Assembly (NCBI GenBank): GCA_002269645.1
Contig: NIVC01000006.1
Coordinates: forward strand, 1,046,055 to 1,110,054
Direction: 5' to 3'
DNA from: Macrostomum lignano
Lineage: Eukaryota
DNA: 64,000 nucleotides
Within the stretch, counting starts at the first letter, position 1. Every line of letters begins with the position of its first letter. The notes below the pieces were generated by a model, which ran no database searches, was not told the origin of the DNA, and saw only the letters and a program-made list of their open reading frames with translations. This document shows, in pieces, positions 41,458 to 63,004 of the stretch. The position numbers and the translations under genes are program-made.

Positions 41458-44400
41458 TCCTATATACTAAAAATGAAAATCTTGCTTGTTTGTTTGTTTG
41501 TACGCAATCGATTAGAGAAAAAATGGCTGGACCGATTTTCATGAGACTTGCACTGTTCGATCAGAAATTTTCCTGGGACGGTACATGCATCTTGGCTAAG
41601 AAATTGCTCAATGTTAAAGGGATTAAATATTCGAAAAACATGCTTTTTTGCAAAGGTCAAGCAGCTCTTTCGACCTGAAATGCATTGTAAGAATGCTAGA
41701 GAAAAAACTGACTGACTGAATTTCAATTCTGATAAATATTGCATCACAAGTTGAAAACAGTGTCGAAAAAATGCACACAAGACTTGATTGTAATTGCGTA
41801 ACCATAGCCATTGCTAACTTGAATTGAGACTGATACTGGCTGACTGAGAAATTGATTATGTCATAAATTAATAATATTAATAATATTAATATTAATAATA
41901 TTAATATTATAGCAATTATGACTTGCTATAAGAATTGAATTATAAGGGCCACAATTCATGTTCTACAATTGAAAAGAGATAGCCAAGATGCGAACAGACT
42001 GGACTGCTAATGTAGCGACCTGGGTTCGAATCTTAGTAGTGCAAAATAATTTTTTTATTAAAACACTTTAAAACACAAAATGCTAAACATAAAAGAAGCG
42101 CAATGTCAAACATAAAAGTGGCACCATGTCAAACATAAAAGTGCCACCATGTCAAACACAGAAGAGACACCATGTCAAACATAAAAGAGCCACCATGTAA
42201 ATCATAAAAGAGCCACCATTTCAAACATTAAAGAGCCACCATTTCAAACATAAAAGAGCCACCATTTCAAACATAAAAGAGCCACCATGTCAATCATAAA
42301 AGAGCCACCATGTCAAACATTAAAGAGCCACTATGTCAAACATTGAAGAGCCAACATGTCAAAACATCAAAGAGCCACCATGTCAAACATTAAAGAGCCA
42401 CCATGTCAAACATAACAGAGACAACATTTCAAACGTAAAAGGGCCGCCATGGCAAACATTAAAGAGCCACCATGTCAAACATAAAAGAGACATCATATGT
42501 CGAACATTAAAGAGCCACCATGTTGAACATTAAAGAGCCACCATGTCAAACATTAAAGAGCCACCATGTCAAACATAAAATAGCCACCATGTCAAACATA
42601 AAAGAGACACCATATGTCGAACATTAAAGAGCCACCATGTCAAACATTAAAGAGCCACCATGTCAAACATTAAAGAGCCACCATGTCAAACAATAAAGAG
42701 CCACCATGTCGAACATAAAAGAGCCACCATGTCAAACATTAAAGAGCCACCATGTCAAACATAAAAGAGCCACCATGTCGAACATAAATAGCCACCATGT
42801 CAAACATTAAAGAGCCACCATGTCAAACATTCAAGAGCCACCATGTCGAACATAAAAGAGCCACCATGTCGAACATTAAAGAGCCACCATGTTGAACATT
42901 AAAGAGCCACCATGTCGAACATAAAAGAGCCACCATGTTGAACATTAAAGAGCCGCCATGTCAAACATAAAAGGACCAACATGTCAAACATTAAAGAGCC
43001 ACCATGTCAAGCATAAAAGGACCACCATGTCGAACATTAAAGAGCCACCATGTCAAGCATAAAAGGACCACCATGTCAAAAATTAAACAGCCCCCGTGCC
43101 TAACATTAAAGAGCCACCATGTCGAACATTAAAGAGCCACCATGTCGAACATTAAAGAGCCACCATGTCAAACATTAAAGAGCCACCATGTCTAACATAT
43201 ATGTGACTCCATGTCAAACATTAAAGAGCCATCATGTCATACATAAAAGAGCCACCATTTCAAACATAAAAGAGCCACCATGTCAATCATAAAAGAGCCA
43301 CCATGTCAAACATTAAAGAGCCACTATGTCAAACATTGAAGAGCCAACATGTCAAAACATCAAAGAGCCACCATGTCAAACATAAAAGAGCCACCATGTC
43401 AAACATAACAGAGACAACATTTCAAACGTAAAAGGGCCGCCATGGCAAACATTAAAGAGCCACCATGTCAAACATAAAAGAGACATCATATGTCGAACAT
43501 TAAAGAGCCACCATGTTGAACATTAAAGAGCCACCATGTCAAACATTAAAGAGCCACCATGTCAAACATAAAATAGCCACCATGTCAAACATAAAAGAGA
43601 CACCATATGTCGAACATTAAAGAGCCACCATGTCAAACATTAAAGAGCCACCATGTCAAACATTAAAGAGCCACCATGTCAAACAATAAAGAGCCACCAT
43701 GTCGAACATAAAAGAGCCACCATGTCAAACATTAAAGAGCCACCATGTCAAACATAAAAGGACCACCATGTCGAACATAAATAGCCACCATGTCAAACAT
43801 TAAAGAGCCACCATGTCAAACATTCAAGAGCCACCATGTCGAACATAAAAGAGCCACCATGTCGAACATTAAAGAGCCACCATGTTGAACATTAAAGAGC
43901 CACCATGTCGAACATAAAAGAGCCACCATGTTGAACATTAAAGAGCCGCCATGTCAAACATAAAAGGACCAACATGTCAAACATTAAAGAGCCACCATGT
44001 CAAGCATAAAAGGACCACCATGTCGAACATTAAAGAGCCACCATGTCAAGCATAAAAGGACCACCATGTCAAAAATTAAACAGCCCCCGTGCCTAACATT
44101 AAAGAGCCACCATGTCGAACATTAAAGAGCCACCATGTCGAACATTAAAGAGCCACCATGTCAAACATTAAAGAGCCACCATGTCTAACATATATGTGAC
44201 TCCATGTCAAACATTAAAGAGCCATCATGTCATACATAAAAGAGCCACCATGTCAAACATAAAAGAGCCACCATGTCAAACATAAAAGATACACAATTTC
44301 AAACGTAAAAGTAAGCGTCATGCCAATTTTAAAGGAGCCACTATAGAGCTAAGGAAATTGTTGCACTAGCTACTTATTGTCTGGTGGATGCTTACTATTT

Positions 44401-44510
44401 GGGGATGCTTGCTATCTGGGGGATGCTTGCTATCCGGGAGGGGGGATGCTTCCTATCTGGGGGATGCTTGCTTTTTGGGGGATGCTTGCTATCTGGGAGA
44501 TGCTTGCTAG
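41458..44510 (+). mobile_element. Non-autonomous Helitron E10, E3-like; 3' end uncertain
   Basis: TCCTATATACTAAAAATG head, GTTT seed, tRNA-like cassette ~41973-42035, satellite B 42088-44285, satellite C 44386-44510. Confidence 0.82.
42088..44285. repeat. Satellite B, ~2.2 kb, containing a 993-bp higher-order duplication
   Basis: Rare variants recur 993 bp apart (CAATCAT 42291/43284; ATGTGACTCC 43201/44194). Confidence 0.95.
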
Positions 44511-44971
44511 CTGAGCTCGCACGTCCTCCAGCCGGGACAGACAGTCCTTAGCGAGGTGCTTCGGTTGCAGGTCTTGCCTACCTCTGCGCTGCAGTTGCAG
44601 TGGCCGAAGTTACCACAGCGAATGCGCTTTAGCTTTTGTACTGTCGCCGCGCTGGTTTCCATGACGCTGATCTGCGCTTCCGCAGCCTCCATGGCCCTGC
44701 CTGGCCCAGTTCCACATTGTCCATGGCCATGCAGCAGCCTATTGCGGAGCAGCTTGGAACTGCAGCCAGTGATCTGCTAGTTACGGATTAGCAAGTCCTG
44801 GGGAGGCCCTCAAACTTGCAGCAGTCCGCGAAAAGCAGGTTGAGCTAGCTGATGAAGTTCCCACGCGATCCTTGAAGAGCTTGTCAACGTCGTCACCAGT
44901 GTCAGCGAGTCCAGCTGCGACAACCTGCAGATCCTGGCCCGCTGGGTGGACCAGGAATTGATAGATTGATT

Positions 44972-45312
44972 TGATAGCAAGCATCCCCCGATAGCAAGCA
45001 CCCCCAGATAGCAAGCACCCCCAGATAGCAAGCATCCCCCAATAGCAAGCATCCCCCGATAGCAAGCACCCCCAGATAGCAAGCACCTCCAGATAGCGAG
45101 CATCCTCCCCCCAATAGCAAACATACCCCCAAATAGCAAGCATCCCCTTGATAGCAAGCATCCCCCGATAGCAAGCACCCCCAGATAGCAAGCACTCCCA
45201 GATAGCAAGCACCCCCAAATAGCAAGCACGCCCTTGATAGCAAGCACCCCCAGATAGCAAGCACCCCTTGATAGCAAGCACCCCCTTGATAGCAAGCACC
45301 CCCAGATAGCAA
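44972..45312 (-). repeat. Satellite C in inverted orientation (GATAGCAAGCATCCCCC)
   Basis: Reverse complement of the 44386-44510 array. Confidence 0.95.
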
Positions 45313-45624
45313 GTTGCTGTCTAACAGCACATTCGCATATCATTCTACGCTCGTAGTCAGTTAACTAGCCTGAAGATATGAAATGCGTTGTTGTAGTTAC
45401 AATTAGAAAAAAGTCAGCGAGATAATTTAATACTTCATAAAGTTAGCTATCGCTGGATGAAGTTGTAAAAATCAAGTTTTGTAAATTAAACAGCGTGCGG
45501 TTTTACTTTGATTTTTAAACATACAACATATGTATTAGAACAAATTTATAGCCTCAGACTGTTTATAAAAGTGGATTGAACTTTATTGATTGTAAATTAT
45601 TCCGTTTAGCTTTTCATTAACAGT

Positions 45625-45705
45625 TACTGTCGAATCATGCACTCAAACGTCTTTATGGAGTATTTCACTCGCAACACAGGGCCAGTCAGAGACAATTAGT
45701 AGTAA
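45625..45705 (-). pseudogene. C-terminal fragment of a fibrinogen-related protein
   Basis: Reads YY*LSLTGPVLRVKYSIKTFECMIRQ*, homologous to the intact copy's YY..HYSMKSFECMIRRQ*. Confidence 0.65.
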
Positions 45706-46175
45706 CTAGCAATCCAGCCCGTTCGGGGAGTGCAAAAGGGAAAATTAAAATATTGCTAATATATTAAAGAATAGACCAGTGCTTCCAGTAAGCCCTGGAA
45801 TCTCAACGATTCCCCCAGCTGTACGCCTTGACAATAACATCTTAGCAATGCTCCCAGTAAGCTTTGACATCTAAAAAACATTCAAACAATCAGTTCCGGA
45901 TTTAAAAAATTCAAGTTGAAGACAAAGAAAGGTATTCATAAATTTTACAATTTAATAAGCTAGGTATAGCTATTTATAACTCATTGCATCAGCTCAAGAA
46001 TTGAAGTTTAGTCTATGGCCATAGACGTATTGAGCTCTCACTGCAAGAAAAATACACTAATTAGATAGGGAGAATACAGTTTTTCGAATATTTAATCCCT
46101 TTAAAATGAAGCAATCTCTTAGCCACAACCCATGTACCCTGCTTGTCTCTCTCTGTCCCTCTCTTAGCTATAGGA
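45706..46175 (-). mobile_element. Short non-autonomous Helitron, minus strand
   Basis: On the minus strand: TCCTATAGCTAAG head at 46175, the shared GGTACATG..GGCTAAG and TTAAAGGGATTAAATATTCGAAAA modules, and CCCGAACGGG hairpin plus GATTGCTAG|T end at 45706. Confidence 0.75.
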
Positions 46176-46936
46176 CCTAGACTGCTTGCCACAGATCAAG
46201 CTACCATGGGGCTGACTATCTGACAAGAGTGGGGGCCAGGACTCTAATTGATTCATTTCTGAGACCTGAGACCCGAAGGCTTCCACAAAGGAGCCGAAAA
46301 GGCCGAAACCCATCACATGCATTTATACAGCACATCGACAGGCTTTCAATGCGGCATGAACTGAGACTGTGTCTTCCGATTTCTATTGACTGACTTGACA
46401 GCTGAGGCGTTTATTTAGTGAGCAGCAACTGCTTTGAATTTGTTGCTTTTGTCTTCTCGCCTTTCAGCTTTCAGACACAACAGTAAACATATTCTGGGTG
46501 AATTGTCACGGATGCATGACGCTTTTACGCATGGCGCCATTGTCAATTGCAGAGTTTTCTCTGACAATGCCGATCGCGGCAAAGCCTTTTACACAGCTTC
46601 TTTACGAAAATCATCCATCAGCGAAGCTTTTTCTGCTGCTTTGCATTCTGTTTAGCGCAATCATCCTTTGAAAGGGTTGCATTGTCTGTCTTATTTGGCT
46701 CACTCGCAAGGCTTTCACTGATTGCTTCTAGTAGAAATTCTAGTGAGAGTTCCAGCCGGGGCTCCCTTTGATCTGTGAATCAGCCTACCGACTGTCACCT
46801 GTACCGGTCTGCGCATTATCGATTTGCATGTGATGTATATGTCATTATGATTTAATTAATTAAGTAAACTCGGTACTTTAAGCCGTATACAAGCACAGAA
46901 TTATGTTACCCGCTACAGTCAATAGCCCATATCTAC

Positions 46937-47445
46937 ACGGCTCCGTCAGCTTCAACCGGAACTGGTCGGAGTACTCGAGTGGATTCGGTCAGGGCGAGAG
47001 TCTCAACTACTGGATGGGACTGGAGCAGCTCCACCAGCTCACCGCCACTGGAGTGTGGAGAGTCCGTTGGGAGTCCAGCGACTGGAATGACAACTGGTAC
47101 TGGGCTGAGAATGCTCCGTTCCCTGTAGGCTCATCTGCTCGATGGGACCGCTGGACTTGAGCAGGTCGAGTGTGGGATAACGCGCAGAAGTACTCTTATC
47201 AGCGAACAATCAGCAGTTCAGCACATCCGAATCTGACCATGTTGAGTAGCGGCAGTTGCGCTCAGATACGGGCTACTGGTTGGTTGTTCGGTCATTGAAA
47301 TGCCTTTAATCCAAATGAAATGCATCAGCTGCCGCCTGCTACGGCTGAAGGCATAGGAATATAGTATACTACTATCTCCCATACACGGGCACTGAATACA
47401 ATACATGCTACTCAAGGAAAAAATTCGAGTGGTTGATTTAATGAT
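46937..47445 (+). pseudogene. Fibrinogen-related domain pseudogene, inverted relative to the intact copy
   Basis: GSVSFNRNWSEYSSGFGQGESLNYWMGLEQLHQLT.. is almost identical to 49451-50020; a deletion, frameshifts and stops follow ~47130; no signal exon found. Confidence 0.85.
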
Positions 47446-47854
47446 TCGAACCAAGAGTTTGCAGCGTTTCTGAAAGTTGAGCGGCGTTAGCCAAAGCTCG
47501 TGGTCCTCGGATATTCCCCAATACGTTCTAATTAACTTTATGTCCAATGCTCGAATTAGAGTTTTTGTCCTGAAAAGAATTCTAGTAAAATCCGCTTTCA
47601 TATCCCTTCTGTTTTATATTTAGTAATGGATCGGGTCCCCAACCCCAGTACTATGAGCGTCTGAAGTAAAGTTACAATATGTAGGAACCAGGCGTTGGCG
47701 CTTTGGATAGAAAGAATACGCCAGGCATTTGGACGCGCTAACAATACTTATCGCTCCCTCTGGCGTAGGGATGCACAGAGTAGAGCACCAGAGGTGTTGA
47801 GACTTGCAGTGGACCTTCTATTTCTAAACAAAGTTACAAGTATTTGAGTAGCTG

Positions 47855-48956
47855 GGGCCCGTGCTATAGAATACTCTTAACTCCTAAATCCTTAAGAGTG
47901 TCCTAACTCCTAGCTCCTAGCTGGCTTTTCTGTGCTATAGAATCAAGAGTAAATTTTAAGAGCTAGGAGGCTCCTTAAGGACGTTAGGAGACTCCTGGGT
48001 GAATTTAGGAGAACTCATTAAGGTCCGTGGCATGCTATAGAATTAGGAGAGGAAGTCTAGGAGCTAGGAGCTAGGAGTTGGCTTTTAGGAGTGATTCTAG
48101 GAGCGCGTGTCCTATATAGAATGAGAAAATTTCGCTCCTAACTCTTGACTCCTAAGCAAGAGTTCAAGGGCCAATTTTCACTCTTAGACAAGCTAGGATT
48201 ATAATGTTTTCGGACAGCGAATCGGATTCTGATGAGGAAGGAGAGTCAATGATAGACGCCGTCGACAATTTAAGGCAAGAATTAATTTTTTTGAAGAAGA
48301 TCCAGCCGAGAGTGCTATTGAAAACTTGAAAACGAGCAGCCAGAACTCTACCCAGAGGTCATCCCGGACATCTTAGAGCCCAACAACGAAGGCGAAATCG
48401 TTGTCAACAACAATGGCCGCCGTGATCAACTAGTTAATACGTTTTGAACACACTCGAGCTCTAAATTGCACTTGACACAATTCTTTGATAATTAGACTGG
48501 TGTATTATTTTCTTTTATTGATATTTACAAGTACACATGTACATTTAGACTTTTTACTTTTACTTTTGATACTCTTCTGCATTGCTTGGTCAACGCATAT
48601 AATAAAACGAGTAAATACGCTGGTATAGTTTATACCTCTTTGCGTGCAGAGACGGCTCTCACAAATGATATTTTTTGAGCAATTTGCATTTTCACTCCTG
48701 AGATTCAATCCTTAAGGAGCGTAAAGTTAGGATTGTGATATAGCACACAATTCTCTATCATCCTTAAACGATTGCGCAACACTCCTTGAACACACCCCCA
48801 CTCCTAGGCTGCACTCCTTGCAAGAACTCCTATAGCTCCTAACTCTTAACTCCTGAAATCTATAGCACACAAAATTCAATCACTCCTTATCAAGAGTACG
48901 AGTACTCTTGAGTCCTAGCTCCTAACTCCTAACTCCTGATTCTATAGCACGGGCCC
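47855..48956. mobile_element. Non-autonomous PIF/Harbinger element (1.1 kb, internal-deletion derivative)
   Basis: 18-bp TIRs GGGCCCGTGCTATAGAAT / ATTCTATAGCACGGGCCC; 3-bp CTG TSD on both sides; subterminal CTCCTAG/CTCCTAA repeats; short ORF remnants in the middle. Confidence 0.85.
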
Positions 48957-49450
48957 CTGGAGCTCGAATGTCTCAGGAGTAGAGACGCGCAGACCACGAG
49001 GGAATAGCTAGACTATCTTACACAATATTTAAATATCGACGATTCTGCACATATGTGACATGTACTGTACACCTCTCGCTACGCAATAATACGAGTCATG
49101 TAAAAATTAAAATATGCCTACCTTTTATGCATTTTGACTAGCTTAGAGTTTACTTCAGTATTGGGTGTGTTGCAAATAAAATGTTAAGCAAGAAGAAGCC
49201 ATGAATTTGGTTTTTTAAGCTCACTAGATAGGATTATTCATTGGCTCAGGCGGTATACTTAAACTATCTCACAGGTTTTTCAGCTATACTAGGTTTTTGC
49301 ATATAACAAGCAGACTTGTCGTAGCCTTGTTGTAAATCAAGTTGTGACAGAATTTATCACTCTTCGTCAATAAACTTTCATTGTTGACATGTACCGAACA
49401 GTAACTTCTGTTGGTCCTCCTTGGTGTAGGATATAGTAGCAGCTATAAGC

Positions 49451-50520
49451 TCACTGGCGTCGAATCATGCACTCAAAGCTCTTCATAGAGTAGTGCAGTG
49501 AAAATATTGGATTCGAACCAACCAAATAGTACATCCCACGACCATCAGCAAACGCAGCTGGTTTCAGATAAATTCCGTTGGGATTCATAGCGTTGCAATG
49601 ACCGAACCACCAGCCAGCAGACCTTTCCCAAGCGCAGCTGCCTCCAGCCCAAGCATCGTTGTCAAAATCCGGCGTGCTGAATTGATGGTTGTTGACTGAC
49701 AAGTAGCGCTCCGTACGTTGCCCCACACTCGACCTGCTCGAATCCAGCGGTCCCATCGAGCACCTGTACTTGTCGGTCGCTGGACCTACAGAGAACGGAG
49801 CATACTCAGCCCAGTACCAGTTGTCATTCCAGTCGCTGAACTCCCACCGGACTCTCCACACTCCAGTGGCGGTGAGCTGGTGGAGCTGCTCCAGTCCCAT
49901 CCAGTAGTTGAGACTCTCGCCCTGACCGAATCCACTCGAGTACTCCGACCAGTTCCGGTTGAAGCTGATGGAGCCGTCGACTCTGTGCTGGAACGTCTGC
50001 CAGCAGCTGGAGTTCCTCATCTGAATCGGGAATAAGCTGATATTGATGCTAGACTCATGGTCAATTTATTTTGATAAACAGGAAGTTCTGTGTCTAGATA
50101 AAGCATTTTGGAGCGAAAACCGGCCTCGAATAAGTAAAGCGTCCTTCAACTCTCAGTTATACAGGATGCGGTCAGCATTGAGTCTTTGGTGATATGAAAC
50201 CTACTCACCCAGAGCTGAGGCAGGCTGGGGTTGATGCAGTTTCGGCACTTCCTGCAGCCCGAAGCTCCGCGGTTGCAAGCGAGCAGCTCGCAGACTCCCG
50301 AGTCGAACCTTGCCGCATCCGATTCGATTAGAGCAAGTTTTTCTAAGCACTCGACTAAGCCTCGAGTATTCTCTCTCTTTATTTGTTTGTACTCGCTTAT
50401 ATCGTCTCTCTGCGATACGAAGGTCCTTTCTTGAGCCACCGAACTACCCGTTATTGGAGTCCAAATGCCTGAGCTGGCAGTCAGAATTGCCAGCAAGCAG
50501 AGTTGCATTGGAGTCTGCAT
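49451..50520 (-). CDS. Secreted fibrinogen-related protein (FReD): signal peptide, Cys-rich N-terminus, fibrinogen C-terminal domain. Exons 50520-50209 and 50020-49451, ~293 aa
   Basis: Signal MQTPMQLCLLAILTASSG; phase-0 donor TGG|GTGAGT and acceptor TTCAG|ATG; FBG motifs FQHRVDGSISFNRNW, YWMGLE, QFSTPDFDND, C, GWWFGHC, NPNGIY. Confidence 0.92.
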
Positions 50521-50810
50521 GATGGGTAGCGCCGAAGTTTTTAGTGGCTTTCAATGCGATTTTAGGTAATTATATGGAGCAAAGTTCGGCGTTTTTTCAA
50601 TGTAATGCATTAGTAAAAAACGGATGCTCTTCCCCAGTTAGGTGTTCTTCAGATTCCTAAATGTGTGCAATTAGCCCTGCAATCTCTTGATAAAAAACAA
50701 AACGCATTTTATCCATTCTTTCTGTCTCTTTAGCCCCCGTGCCAGTTCCTGCAGTGAAATGGATGCTAATGGAAGCTGCAATACTTTTATTTCTGCTAAC
50801 GACAGCTTAG

Positions 50811-50881
50811 GTTTAACCTGCTACCAATGCCTCAACTGCCCAGTGCAGGAAACTTTTAGCTGGGTGAAACAATGCCAATAA
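50811..50881 (+). pseudogene. Possible Ly6/uPAR three-finger exon remnant (GLTCYQCLNC)
   Basis: LxCYxC motif directly after branch-point/acceptor-like GCTAAC..TTAG|; stops soon after; no other exons confirmed. Confidence 0.3.
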
Positions 50882-51672
50882 TAGAGTTCCATCAGCAAAA
50901 CATCTAGTTTTGCTAATGCATTCAAGCATAAAGAAAAGCTTTCTGAGTTAGTCTGTTTCTATGAGATGAGGTTTCTGTAGAGGTTTCTTCTTTCCTTTTG
51001 TCAATTACTTGCTAACAGCTAGCTGCAAGGTGTGAATTGCGGACTTCAAAGCAACAAAACAATAATTCCGATCTCATTAACTGTAATAGATACGCGATAA
51101 TATTAATCCTTATATTTGAATTAAAAATACAACAGCCATGATCTTACACAATCTTATTCTATTAATCGAAATTCTATAAATTTTGAAGCTAGGTTTTCGT
51201 AGAGTAGACAACCTAAGTATAAATTATAAACATAAACTTGGTTAATACACATTAAACTGATAGATTATTATAATAATTAATGGCAATATTCATTATATGT
51301 ATATATAGCTATAATTGTTTCACGCAGCAAATTACAAATAAAACTGCGAACTGAAAGCAAAAATGTGAAAAATTAAAATTTTTGTTGTCTTCTTTTCTCA
51401 TGAAAATCTTACTCCCATAACCTGTAGCCATATTACTGTAGCTATATAGCGCTATATATAGTTGAATAGAATTCAAAGGAAAAGATATTTGCAAAAATTT
51501 AGCTGCAAAAATTAAGCGTAGCGATCGATGCCTAAGTGCAGATTTGAACTGCAAATCATATCGGTAGTTAGTCTGAATTCATTAAATGGCTGGTTCCATC
51601 AAGTATAGCTAGTTTGTTCTGTAGTAGCTATGCTGTTGAAATTCGATCCTTTGTCACGCAAAATTTGCGGCC

Positions 51673-62742
<11,070 letters not shown>

Positions 62743-62877
62743 TTTCACTAAGTGAGCGCATTTGTTCAGCTTTCAGGTCAGGTCAGGTCAAAATACGGCA
62801 GTCTAACAGTAAGGTAGCTTAGTGTAATGCAATGGATATAGTTATTAACAGTGAAGAAACTTGTAGAAACATGTCAG

Positions 62878-63004
62878 GTATGTAGAATCGTGTCATGTAT
62901 GTAGAATCGTGTCATGTATGTAGAATCATGTTATGCATGTAAAATCATGTCATGTATGTAGAATCATGTCATGTATGTAGAATCGTGTCATGTATGTAGA
63001 ATCA
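62878..63004. repeat. 19-bp tandem repeat (GTATGTAGAATCGTGTCAT) upstream of the synapsin start
   Basis: Directly visible, ~6-7 copies. Confidence 0.9.

Noticed and set aside
20132-41811. Recurrent ORFs such as MHCSIRNFPVTVHASWLRN.. (20132, 26069, 36511, 41490)
   Set aside because: They are the shared non-coding Helitron head; frames break differently between copies and there are no Rep (HUH) or helicase motifs.
20752-44285. CRISPR-like appearance of the 21-24-bp repeat arrays
   Set aside because: Repeats are directly adjacent with no unique spacers, there are no cas genes, and the context is eukaryotic.
17491-44510. Autonomous Helitron RepHel gene
   Set aside because: No long non-repetitive ORF or exon chain with Rep/PIF1 motifs was found.
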